IMG/VR virus record: IMGVR_UViG_3300032242_002477
Span: 1-64,000 of that record
DNA length: 64,000 bases
Reading direction: 5' to 3' (one strand)
From: a virus
A program made the position numbers and the translations under genes. The stretch's first letter is position 1. Each line of letters opens with the position of its first letter. A model generated the notes under the pieces. That model saw only the letters and a list, made by a program, of their open reading frames with translations. It was not told where the DNA came from and did not search any database. Shown in pieces: positions 41,502-49,820 of the stretch.

Positions 41502-42874
41502 TAGAGGGTACCTCCTACGAATTCCTCAGTGCAAGAGAACCCCTCATCAGGTTGGAAAGTAATGTCGATTTTAATACCGAAGTCGCTGGCAATATTGACC
41601 TTGTAGGTATTCTCGACCGTCATACGGACTGCATTACGCTCCTTGCCTACATTAAAGCCGTTGAGAAAGGAATACATCGCGTAATCCAACCCTAGACGTT
41701 CGACATTTCGTGAGAAAGTAACTAGGTCGCGCGTAGATACTGGCGTGGCTAGTTCGCCCTTGATGTGGCTTTCGCGTAGCGCGTTCGCCATTTCGATGAG
41801 CGACTTTGATTTGACCAAAGCTTTCTCAATCTTAGGGTCGTAATCAAACTCCAACTTATGCGCCCAGCGGTTCTTGAACGCCTCATTTAGTGGTCGGGTT
41901 CCGCGGTACATTGGGTTCATATCAGCGACAATAAGAAGGTTTGGGTGAGCCTTGATAATTTCGCCGTCTTTGCCCATTAGTTGAATCTCACGTCGGTCGT
42001 CGAGGAGTGAGAATATAGCGGTTGTCACGCGCTCAGGGAGGAAGTTAACCTCATTGAGAAGCAATACACCGCCATTTCGGACAATTTGGGTAACTGCACC
42101 GTCTTGCCAAGCATAGTGTCCGTCTGTTGTAGGAATCCATTGACCAATCCACTGTGAAGGCTCTGAGCCGTTGTGACTGGAAATATTATAGTAATTGAGA
42201 TTTCGGGCTGAGGCATAGGCTAAAACGCTCATCGTCTTACCCGAGCCTGTTGGACCGAATACAAGCACGTTCTCAGCGTTAGCCATAGCGGAGTCGTAGA
42301 TATCGAACTCCGAGAGGTTGCCTAGCACTTTACGCTGGACATACTCTGTAGCCCACTTCTTGTCGGGAACTTGGGCAAGAACTACTTCATTGGAGGTCGT
42401 GCTTTGACGGGTATCGGTCTTAGCGGTTGCCTGTGGGGAAATTGGGGCTTGGCTGATTGGTTTAATATCAGTATGCCCACCGTCAATACGATAGGTATTG
42501 ATAGAGGAATCACCAATAAGCAAACGTTTATAGAACAGTTCAACCGCTATGGAATACGGCTCCAAGTCGTCGTGAGTTGGGTGCTCGTATTCAGCCCATT
42601 GGTTGATAATGCGAGAGGCTAGGGGAGTGATAATGCCGTTCTCAACCTGTAAGATATTATTAGCAGTAGTAGGAAAGGCGTACATATAGCAATTCGCTTC
42701 TACCTCAGGGAGCTCCTCTAAGGAAATTTCGCGCCAAGCTGAACCGCGACCACGTTGACCAGTATATTCTCTATGATAGATAGAGATACCATTAGATACA
42801 GGGACTAGAAGGGTCTGATATACCCCTTGACCTTCCCTCTTGCCGATAATGAGAACACTTAGGCTATTTGCCAT
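41501..42874 (-). CDS. MoxR/CbbQ (CobS-like) AAA+ ATPase
   Basis: GPTGSGKT, 'LLNEVN', 'MNP.YRGT..LNEAFKNR', 'STR'. Confidence 0.88.
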   Translation of the reverse strand: MANSLSVLIIGKREGQGVYQTLLVPVSNGISIYHREYTGQRGRGSAWREISLEELPEVEANCYMYAFPTTANNILQVENGIITPLASRIINQWAEYEHPTHDDLEPYSIAVELFYKRLLIGDSSINTYRIDGGHTDIKPISQAPISPQATAKTDTRQSTTSNEVVLAQVPDKKWATEYVQRKVLGNLSEFDIYDSAMANAENVLVFGPTGSGKTMSVLAYASARNLNYYNISSHNGSEPSQWIGQWIPTTDGHYAWQDGAVTQIVRNGGVLLLNEVNFLPERVTTAIFSLLDDRREIQLMGKDGEIIKAHPNLLIVADMNPMYRGTRPLNEAFKNRWAHKLEFDYDPKIEKALVKSKSLIEMANALRESHIKGELATPVSTRDLVTFSRNVERLGLDYAMYSFLNGFNVGKERNAVRMTVENTYKVNIASDFGIKIDITFQPDEGFSCTEEFVGGTL

Positions 42875-42904
42875 TTATAAGCCCCTTTCATTGGGTTATG
42901 GCTG

Positions 42905-42960
42905 ATAATGCCATATATAGCAGACAATACCTACACCCTCTCTCTGTGAAGTAGGTCACA
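42905..42960 (-). promoter_or_regulatory. Cassette promoter 1: CRP box 42945-42960, AGGGTGTAGGT, -10 CATTAT
   Basis: TGTGAagtaggTCACA; drives the AAA/VWA operon. Confidence 0.8.
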
Positions 42961-43211
42961 TCTCTTTGGCTCTCGCTCTCTCGCTCTTGTTCTTTAGCTC
43001 TCTCACTCTCTCTGCTCTCTTATCTCTTATCTCTTTTGTGGCTATCTATTGCCTGTGGTACTTATCACATAACAAGCCTGAGACGGCTTCAAATATCTGG
43101 TGGTGCCCGTGTCGCTTTGTCGACATTGTGGGCAGTAGCCAAAATTGCCTATAAAGCAATAAGCAGATATGTTGATTTGTCGACATTTCATGTCGCATAA
43201 TCGTGCATATC

Positions 43212-43324
43212 AGGCTAGTTCTGCAAAATCAAGCCGACACGCCGAATTAGCAGTGTGAGATTGGTCACAACTCTCTTCACACACTATTCCCAATAGAGAA
43301 TGGGGTGGGTGGGCCAACACAAAC
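43212..43324 (-). promoter_or_regulatory. Variant element 2: CRP box 43254-43269 with GGCGTGTCG in place of AGGGTGTAGGT, plus G3/CAACACAAAC motif
   Basis: TGTGAgattggTCACA; TAGCCT at 43212-43217. Confidence 0.65.
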
Positions 43325-43385
43325 AAGCGGCGAGCACGCCAAGAAGCCCCCACGCACGCGGCGCGGGGGCTTTGGGGCTGAGGGA

Positions 43386-44078
43386 TTACCTCTTCTTGAT
43401 GGAGAACAACACGTCCTTGCCTCCTTTCACGCATATATTGCAGGCGATACAGGCGCCTTTTAAGCTTATTTGCTTACGATTCTCGGGGCACATTGCAGCT
43501 CGGGGTAAAATCGCCTTACCGTCGGCAAATGTCTCTTCTAACATCGCTATTGATATCCCCATATCTTTTAATTCCATCGCCGTTGACAGATTCTCAGTGT
43601 CTGCGGAGAAATATAGGCTTAAATTTGTTAGCTCTAAGCTATGGAGAAATTTCGCGCTATGCGAATTACGCGTGTATACCCAAAATATAATATTAGGATG
43701 AGACTTAATGACATGAGCCCACGCCTCAGTGTAGGTCATGGAGAAAAAATCTCCATCCCAATGGATGCGGAATTTCTTATCGGCAGACCATTTCTCACAT
43801 TCACTCTCAAATGCGATAACCATGCTATTAAGTAGGTTAATCATGGTATCTCTCTTAGCCTCTCTCAATAGGCTATAGTTATACATGAGCACATCTCTCA
43901 CGCTAGGCCTAATTTTTTCTAGTTTGCCTGCGTAACAGATACTTTCACAGATAGAAGTAGCTCCTGGACAGGAATACGCCTTGCCACTAGGCAAGCCGAA
44001 GGAATTACCTATGCGAGCAGACCCGCTAGGCGTGAGGCTATTAGCCACTTTGACATCTTTAGACCTTTTAAGTTCCAT
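43386..44078 (-). CDS. Mycobacteriophage Gp88-like Cys-cluster (radical-SAM-like) protein, leaderless
   Basis: 'SFGLP....CPGAT..C...CYA', 'RIHWDGDF', 'YTR', 'C..CNIC'. Confidence 0.75.
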   Translation of the reverse strand: MELKRSKDVKVANSLTPSGSARIGNSFGLPSGKAYSCPGATSICESICYAGKLEKIRPSVRDVLMYNYSLLREAKRDTMINLLNSMVIAFESECEKWSADKKFRIHWDGDFFSMTYTEAWAHVIKSHPNIIFWVYTRNSHSAKFLHSLELTNLSLYFSADTENLSTAMELKDMGISIAMLEETFADGKAILPRAAMCPENRKQISLKGACIACNICVKGGKDVLFSIKKR

Positions 44079-44084
44079 AGGTAG

Positions 44085-44199
44085 ACCTTATCTCGCTATA
44101 TCTAGCAGACCTACACCCTGATGGTGTGAATTAGGTCACAGTGAACTCTCTTTAATATATATTCCCTAAATGGACATGGGAGGGTGGGCCAACACAAAC
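44085..44199 (-). promoter_or_regulatory. Cassette element 3 (CRP box 44125-44140; -10 TAAGGT)
   Basis: TGTGAattaggTCACA; predicted +1 is the ATG at 44078. Confidence 0.85.
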
Positions 44200-44257
44200 A
44201 AACGCGCCCCGCGAAAAGCGGGGAGCGGGTTTTAAGCCCGCCCCCCAGCCTTTCCGC

Positions 44258-44698
44258 TTAGAGGTACTGTTTCGACCAATCGACAGGTAGAGCAATCTCA
44301 TCTTTGCTAGTCATCTCAAGATAAGAGAGCATATTTGCGCGTTCATTGTAATTACTGTTATTTTCAGGCTTAATCGGCTCACTAGGCTTATTAGGCATAG
44401 TGTCAAACTCAGAGGCGAAAATGCCCTTGATAGTTAGCCGAATATCAACACCTGTACTTTGGCGAGCGTTATTTACCCACTCCCAATCGTCAGACACATT
44501 GGCATAGGTAATCTCATTACTCTTAGCAAGCAAGGAAGACACTTTCTTGACATATAAGGTTATGGACTTTTCATAAGCAATTTTCGCCTTTTCATAAGCC
44601 TTAACCTCTCTCTCATATTCTTTGAGAGTATCAGCCTGTTTTCTTTCAATTTTAGCGATAAGTAGCGTCTTATCAACTACGAGCCTTGTGGTTGCCAT
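44258..44698 (-). CDS. Hypothetical cassette protein
   Basis: Own promoter, SD AAGGGG, terminator-like hairpin. Confidence 0.7.
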   Translation of the reverse strand: MATTRLVVDKTLLIAKIERKQADTLKEYEREVKAYEKAKIAYEKSITLYVKKVSSLLAKSNEITYANVSDDWEWVNNARQSTGVDIRLTIKGIFASEFDTMPNKPSEPIKPENNSNYNERANMLSYLEMTSKDEIALPVDWSKQYL

Positions 44699-44755
44699 AA
44701 GGCGAACCCCCCTTATTTATCTGTAACAGAACCCTGTTGTTCAGTTACATAGCAG

Positions 44756-44879
44756 AACCTATCGCACCAAACTCCTAAGACCTACACCCTCCGCGTGTGA
44801 CATACATCACACTCTAGTTTTATCTCTCTTACTCCATACTCCCTATAATATTAAACGGGGTGGGAGGGCCAACACAAAC
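44756..44879 (-). promoter_or_regulatory. Cassette element 4 (CRP box 44796-44811; -10 TAGGTT)
   Basis: TGTGAcatacaTCACA. Confidence 0.85.
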
Positions 44880-45013
44880 ATATTTTCGCAGCGGGCAATC
44901 TCGCGACAAAGGTCGTCAAGGTCGTCAAGGTCGTCACCTAAAAAAATAGCGGGCTCTGCCTAGAAACAGAACCCGCTATGTAGTCAGGGGGTGACTACCT
45001 CACTAAAACCCCG

Positions 45014-45262
45014 TTAGTCACGCTCCCAATTGTCATAATCAACGGGGTCATATTCTCCCCCAGAACTATAACTCTCAGAACAATCAGGGCATGTCCAATC
45101 TGCCGTCCAATAGACTACCCCATGCTCGTAGACTTCGAGAGTAGGTATTTCTCCCGAAAACCCACATTCGCACTCTAAGTCTTGAACTCCATCAGACTCA
45201 TCATATCCAGAAATAGCGGGCTCATTACCCGATACCCCAGGAGGATAATTACTCAATGACAT
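45014..45262 (-). CDS. Acidic zinc-ribbon cassette protein
   Basis: 'YPPGV', CECG...CPDC. Confidence 0.65.
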   Translation of the reverse strand: MSLSNYPPGVSGNEPAISGYDESDGVQDLECECGFSGEIPTLEVYEHGVVYWTADWTCPDCSESYSSGGEYDPVDYDNWERD

Positions 45263-45536
45263 CTTCAACCTCCAATATAGTGTTAAGGAACTCTTCCAAA
45301 TGGTGTTGCTCAACAATAGCGTTAGCAGGTGCCGTTGCCTCACCCTTGAAAGTGACAGGACTAGGCAATTCAATCTGCCGATAGCTGTCACCCTCTGCCA
45401 CAGCATAGAGAGCCTCAATACATGGTATAACCATGCTTGATGGAATAGGCGGATAAAAATTACCCGTCAAATGAACCTTGACTCCAACTTCCAATGGAAC
45501 TGATACTGATAAGTCTTGTGCGAAATTACGCCCCAT
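45249..45536 (-). CDS. Hypothetical cassette protein
   Basis: SD GAAAGGGGG; 'HL..NFYPP', 'HHL'. Confidence 0.7.
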   Translation of the reverse strand: MGRNFAQDLSVSVPLEVGVKVHLTGNFYPPIPSSMVIPCIEALYAVAEGDSYRQIELPSPVTFKGEATAPANAIVEQHHLEEFLNTILEVEDVIE

Positions 45537-45561
45537 GACTTCCCCCTTTCTAGGTAAGCAA

Positions 45562-45678
45562 AACTTATCACGCCACAATAGGCAGACCTACACCCTCTTG
45601 ATGTGACTTATATCACAACTCTCTCCACCACCTATTCCCTTTAGGGTTAGGAAGGGTGGGTGGGCTTCCAACACAAAC
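45562..45678 (-). promoter_or_regulatory. Cassette element 5 (CRP box 45602-45617; -10 TAAGTT)
   Basis: TGTGActtataTCACA. Confidence 0.85.
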
Positions 45679-45761
45679 ATCCCACGCGTTCAAGCGTGTC
45701 GCGAAACGCGAGAACCCGACCCCCACCAAGCAGGGAGTCGGGTCGCGTTTTTGCTAGGGGG

Positions 45762-46244
45762 CTAGCAAATCTCGAAGCCACCACAAGCTAACAAAAATTC
45801 GGCAAATTCTTGGACATTCTCTACCGAGAACGGATAGTGAGTCTGCCAAGGTCGCTTAGTTTTTTTGCCATCACAGGAATTACAAGGGTCGCGGAAAGTA
45901 ACTTCACCCTCTACATAATCGAACCAACCTTCCTGAACTTGAACAATCCCCACACCTTTACAAAAATCGCAAGGTTCATCCTCAAGGCTATCCAACGACT
46001 CTTGATATTGACGAGCATATTCGGCAGTACGACCCGAAGCAATTTCCGCTAACAAATCCTCAGCGAGAGCAATCGCCCCTTCACTATCGAACCCGTCACC
46101 GCTATTGCTATGACCATCAATCTCTGAACACTCAGGTCGTATCTGCTCACAGTAATCCCAAAGTGGTCGCCACCACCACACATTATTGCGAAAATACTCA
46201 CCCTTAGTAGAAATCGGCGTTTTACCATAGACATCCATACCCAT
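45762..46244 (-). CDS. Cassette protein with DnaJ-type zinc-finger insert
   Basis: 'YFRNNVWWWRPLW'; CDFCKGVG...CNSCDG. Confidence 0.7.
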   Translation of the reverse strand: MGMDVYGKTPISTKGEYFRNNVWWWRPLWDYCEQIRPECSEIDGHSNSGDGFDSEGAIALAEDLLAEIASGRTAEYARQYQESLDSLEDEPCDFCKGVGIVQVQEGWFDYVEGEVTFRDPCNSCDGKKTKRPWQTHYPFSVENVQEFAEFLLACGGFEIC

Positions 46245-46246
46245 AA

Positions 46247-46540
46247 TTATTCACCCATACTCTCTGCTAGTTTTTGACACATCATAAAATCGTTATACTC
46301 ACTCGCCCCTAATTGAGTCGCCACAAGAGAAATAGTTTCAATCAAGGCTGATGCCTCATCTTTCTCCACATTGTGAACCTCAATCAAACGAGATATAGCG
46401 ACAGTTTTTAAGAAACTAAGGAACATTGACAGGTTATTATTCCACCATGCCATATCCTCATTACCAATTTCAAGATTATTTTTCATTAAATCCATTAAAT
46501 CGAACATCCGTTTAATTTTTTCAATATTAGGCTTATCCAT
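46247..46540 (-). CDS. Hypothetical cassette protein
   Basis: SD GAAAGGGGG. Confidence 0.65.
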   Translation of the reverse strand: MDKPNIEKIKRMFDLMDLMKNNLEIGNEDMAWWNNNLSMFLSFLKTVAISRLIEVHNVEKDEASALIETISLVATQLGASEYNDFMMCQKLAESMGE

Positions 46541-46570
46541 AATATTGAACCCCCTTTCTTGGTAGACCAA

Positions 46571-46693
46571 ACATTATCCCACCGACTAGGGCAGACCTAC
46601 ACCCTGCCATTGTGACTTACATCACATTAAACTCTCTTCTTCCCTTTATTCCCTGTATTGGTAACTGGGTGGGTGGGCAGTTCCAACACAAAC
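46571..46693 (-). promoter_or_regulatory. Cassette element 6 (CRP box 46611-46626; -10 TAATGT)
   Basis: TGTGActtacaTCACA. Confidence 0.85.
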
Positions 46694-46785
46694 TTTTCGC
46701 GGGCGGGCTTGCCACGCGTTCGGGCGTGTCGCAATAAAAAAAACCCCCACCTTTCCTAAGGGCAGGGGTTCTTTCCGCTTGGGGG

Positions 46786-47340
46786 CTATTCCTCTAGAGG
46801 AATTATTAAATCAGAATTCTCTAGTATTTTATCAACTACTGTACTATGTAATTCTGTTCTCATCATAGAGAATCCGCTGGCTGGCCAACCTGCTTGATAA
46901 CATCTTGCTAGTAGATTGGTAAGATTAGACGCGTCAGACTTAGTTTCGCCATGACTAAGTGTTAAATACGAATTAGCGAGCGCGGTATCTCCTAATTCAT
47001 ACTTGAACGAGGAAAGTACGGCATAGATAGGAGCCTTATAACCATCAGGAAAGGACATCCCGATAATCTCTAGGAAATCGGCAACATCTGAAACGGAGGA
47101 CTCATTAGGTAATCCGATAACATAATCTCTTATGTCTAGGACTTCACTATTGACTCCCACTAGGAAATCAAGCAATAAATCGTCGGTAATCTCACTCTCT
47201 CGACCTTCACGCCATAATTTATACGCCGTATCAATCGCTAGTTTAGACTTGCCAACTGTGGTGCTATGTGCGGAAACCTTTTCCGCTTGGAGTGATGTAA
47301 TCATCACTTCCCCCAATCTGTCGGGTGTACTGTCCGACAT
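46786..47340 (-). CDS. DUF4192-like protein, leaderless
   Basis: 'IRDY....AP....S..YE.GD..LA...L...LL...AGWP'; ATG within 1 nt of predicted +1. Confidence 0.65.
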   Translation of the reverse strand: MSDSTPDRLGEVMITSLQAEKVSAHSTTVGKSKLAIDTAYKLWREGRESEITDDLLLDFLVGVNSEVLDIRDYVIGLPNESSVSDVADFLEIIGMSFPDGYKAPIYAVLSSFKYELGDTALANSYLTLSHGETKSDASNLTNLLARCYQAGWPASGFSMMRTELHSTVVDKILENSDLIIPLEE

Positions 47341-47345
47341 GGCAA

Positions 47346-47470
47346 ACACTATCTGACCAATACCCTTAGACCTACACCCTGTCTATGTGACTTATGTCAC
47401 ACTCTGTAACTCTCTTCTTCCCATAATTCCCATAATAAAGAGATGGGTGGGAGGGCAGCTCAACACAAAC
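47346..47470 (-). promoter_or_regulatory. Cassette element 7 (CRP box 47386-47401; -10 TAGTGT)
   Basis: TGTGActtatgTCACA. Confidence 0.85.
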
Positions 47471-47520
47471 ATTTTTTGCCCACGCGCTCGGGCGTGTCGC
47501 GGAGCGTGAAAAACGGGGGC

Positions 47521-47888
47521 TTACGCCCCCGCCTTCCTATGATTTTTGCGCGTACACTTACCGCAAGGCTTACCAGTAATTGCCACGAGTAAGTCATTAT
47601 CATCTCCGCATTGTGGGCAGACACTATCTAATAAGTGACGGCTCACGCCGTCACCTCCTTTCGTAGTTGTGCCTCGCACTCTTCGAGGATTGCTAGAGCG
47701 TATTCGCGCCCCTTGATGCCACGACCTGGGTTGATACCTGTTAAACGGGTGAAAGCGTGGAGAGATGATTCTTTCGTGAGTTGTGCTCGTGATGTGTTCC
47801 ATGTGCGGATTTCAAGATTCAACCCTTGCTTAAGGATAAGAACCTGAATCGGTGATATCGAGAATTCTACTAATTGACCTTGTGTCAT
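47521..47888 (-). CDS. Two small cassette genes (47643-47888; 47521-47646 CPQC/CGKC peptide)
   Basis: SDs GAAAGGGGG and GGAGG; GTGA overlap. Confidence 0.6.
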
Positions 47889-47911
47889 TTAGTGCCCCCT
47901 TTCACTATCAA

Positions 47912-48036
47912 ACATTACAGCCCCAACCAGCCAAACCTACACCCTGCCATTGTGATTTATGTCACACGCTTAGACTCTCTTCTTCCCTTTATTCCCTTAT
48001 ATATTGAGCTGGGTGGGTGGGCTGCTCAACACAAAC
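47912..48036 (-). promoter_or_regulatory. Cassette element 8 (CRP box 47951-47966; -10 TAATGT)
   Basis: TGTGAtttatgTCACA. Confidence 0.85.
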
Positions 48037-48103
48037 ATTTACCGCGCGACCGCGGACATGCGAAAGCCCCCACCTTTCGGCAGGGGCTCCGCGTTAGCGG
48101 GGG

Positions 48104-48498
48104 CTAACCTTCTTGACCGCACGCCTTGAGGAAACGGTACGTGTCAAAATTACTGTTGAATTGTCGGCAAGCTCTCGCGACTGCTTGACATGTCGCTAAG
48201 TCTGCCCCGACTGCCTTCAGCTCATCCGCTAAGGCTTGAAAGTGTTTACGGCTCATGCTCTCACCCCCTTAAGATGAGCGTTTAATTCTGCCTTGACTGT
48301 CCGAGCCGTATCGCCCCTCCAGTATGTCAGATTAGACAATGCGTAGAGAACAATAGATGAACCGCTGTCCTCGTAATAATTGTCAGATATTGACGTGAGC
48401 GATTCCATAGCCGAGATGTAAGGCTCAGCGTAAACGTACCAATTCTTATAAGCACACTCAGATTTAACAATCTGAGCTAATTCTGCGAGAGTTCGCAT
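48104..48498 (-). CDS. Two small cassette genes (48253-48498; 48104-48256)
   Basis: 'YALSNL..WRG..A..VK.EL'; 'MSRKHF...N.NFD..RFL.AC'; SDs present. Confidence 0.65.
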
Positions 48499-48539
48499 TC
48501 TTGCCCCCTTTACTAGTTCGGCACTTTGCCGATAAGAGA

Positions 48540-48663
48540 AACCTACCACCCACCACCAGCAAGACCTACACCCTGCCATTGTGACATAAGTCACACGCCT
48601 AAACTCTCTCCTCCTTATTCCCTTTAGGGTTGTGACTGGGTGGGTGGGCAGTCCAACACAAAC
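48540..48663 (-). promoter_or_regulatory. Cassette element 9 (CRP box 48580-48595; -10 TAGGTT)
   Basis: TGTGAcataagTCACA. Confidence 0.85.
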
Positions 48664-48712
48664 AAATAGGGCGAGCCCGCTTTCGCGAGCCCGCCCCTGC
48701 GGAAATTCGGGG

Positions 48713-49042
48713 CTAAACCCCTGCCCCCTCCTCCTCAATTTCCAAGTCCTCGCGTATTAAGTCCGAGAGACAAGAGCAGGAATCTTGCATTTCGAGACAA
48801 TAGCAATCATAGCCAGCGTTGAGATACCTACATTCATCACGGTGAAAAGCTCGCACTACACTATAGCCCTCATCTGTAGGCTTACCGCACACACCACACC
48901 ACTCGACTCTACCTAACTCAAAATTGGCGTGAAACTCGCACAGAACCTCATTATTAAGAGCATACCTTGCTACACCCCCACACTCGCGTGGAAAAAGGTC
49001 AGGACGGACGGAAGTAGAAACATTAAATTGGCAATTTGCCAT
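48713..49042 (-). CDS. Cys-rich cassette protein
   Basis: Own promoter and SD; ten Cys. Confidence 0.6.
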   Translation of the reverse strand: MANCQFNVSTSVRPDLFPRECGGVARYALNNEVLCEFHANFELGRVEWCGVCGKPTDEGYSVVRAFHRDECRYLNAGYDCYCLEMQDSCSCLSDLIREDLEIEEEGAGV

Positions 49043-49086
49043 GAGAAGCCCCCTAAAACGGTGTAGGCGGTGTTGCCTACGGCAAC

Positions 49087-49216
49087 AGTTTATTGCCCCG
49101 ATTACAGAAACCTACACCCTGACCATGTGACATAAGTCACATATACTAGGCATTTCTCTTCAACAACCCCCTTACGAAGTAAGTTAGGAGCTGGGTGGGT
49201 GGGCTCCAACACAAAC
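49087..49216 (-). promoter_or_regulatory. Cassette element 10 (CRP box 49126-49141; -10 TAAACT)
   Basis: TGTGAcataagTCACA. Confidence 0.85.
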
Positions 49217-49293
49217 ATTTCGCCGCGACACGCCCAACCGCGGACATGCGAAAGCCCCCGCCGTGTGGCAGGGGCTCCGCATTTATCCGAGGG

Positions 49294-49698
49294 CTATTCG
49301 GAAACCTCGTGTGAGCACTCGATAACTTCCTCGCTATCCGATACCTTTCCGTCTAGTGAGATAACAGAAAGATTGTCGCTAACCCAATCCTCATCTATTT
49401 CATCGCTGGTAGTAATTGAGAATCGAGCCTTGATTAAGACCTCTACTACATAGTCATAACTCAATATAAGACCAAAGATGCTTGCGATTTCCTGAGTGTG
49501 TTCCTCAAGGTTGTCGCGGTTATCTTTGAGATAAGTTTCGAGCGAATCACGCTGACTATATAGGCGCGATAGTGTCTTAAGATGGTACTGATTAGTACCC
49601 TTGAGATTTTCGATTTCGGATTTTAGTGCGTCATACTCGCTGAGAGTAAGAGTTACTTCCATAGCTACTGCTGGTGTTACTGGTGTATCTGTATCCAT
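49294..49698 (-). CDS. Acidic/coiled-coil cassette protein
   Basis: SD AAGGGGG; own promoter. Confidence 0.65.
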   Translation of the reverse strand: MDTDTPVTPAVAMEVTLTLSEYDALKSEIENLKGTNQYHLKTLSRLYSQRDSLETYLKDNRDNLEEHTQEIASIFGLILSYDYVVEVLIKARFSITTSDEIDEDWVSDNLSVISLDGKVSDSEEVIECSHEVSE

Positions 49699-49745
49699 TG
49701 TATAGCCCCCTTGTTTAGTTATAGTCACACTTTGACTATGCCCTA

Positions 49746-49801
49746 AGGCTACACCACCAACACCCCTCGACCTACACCCTGCTCGTGTGAGCTACCTCAC
49801 A
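49746..49801 (-). promoter_or_regulatory. Cassette element 11 (CRP box 49786-49801; -10 TAGCCT)
   Basis: TGTGAgctaccTCACA. Confidence 0.85.
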
Positions 49802-49820
49802 TTTACCCCCCGACCCTTAA

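Noticed and set aside
42966-43154. 62-aa hydrophobic ORF
   Set aside because: Product of the CT-rich low-complexity tract; no SD; opposite to local gene orientation
44909-44935. AAGGTCGTC x3 tandem repeat
   Set aside because: Found in one spacer only; most likely local slippage
43210-49453. Track ORFs spanning the spacers (e.g. 43210-43434, 43300-43701, 47874-48107, 49199-49453, and the N-terminal extensions of 48253-48738 and 45014-45418)
   Set aside because: They read through regulatory repeats or lie antisense to better genes; true starts reassigned using SD and promoter geometry
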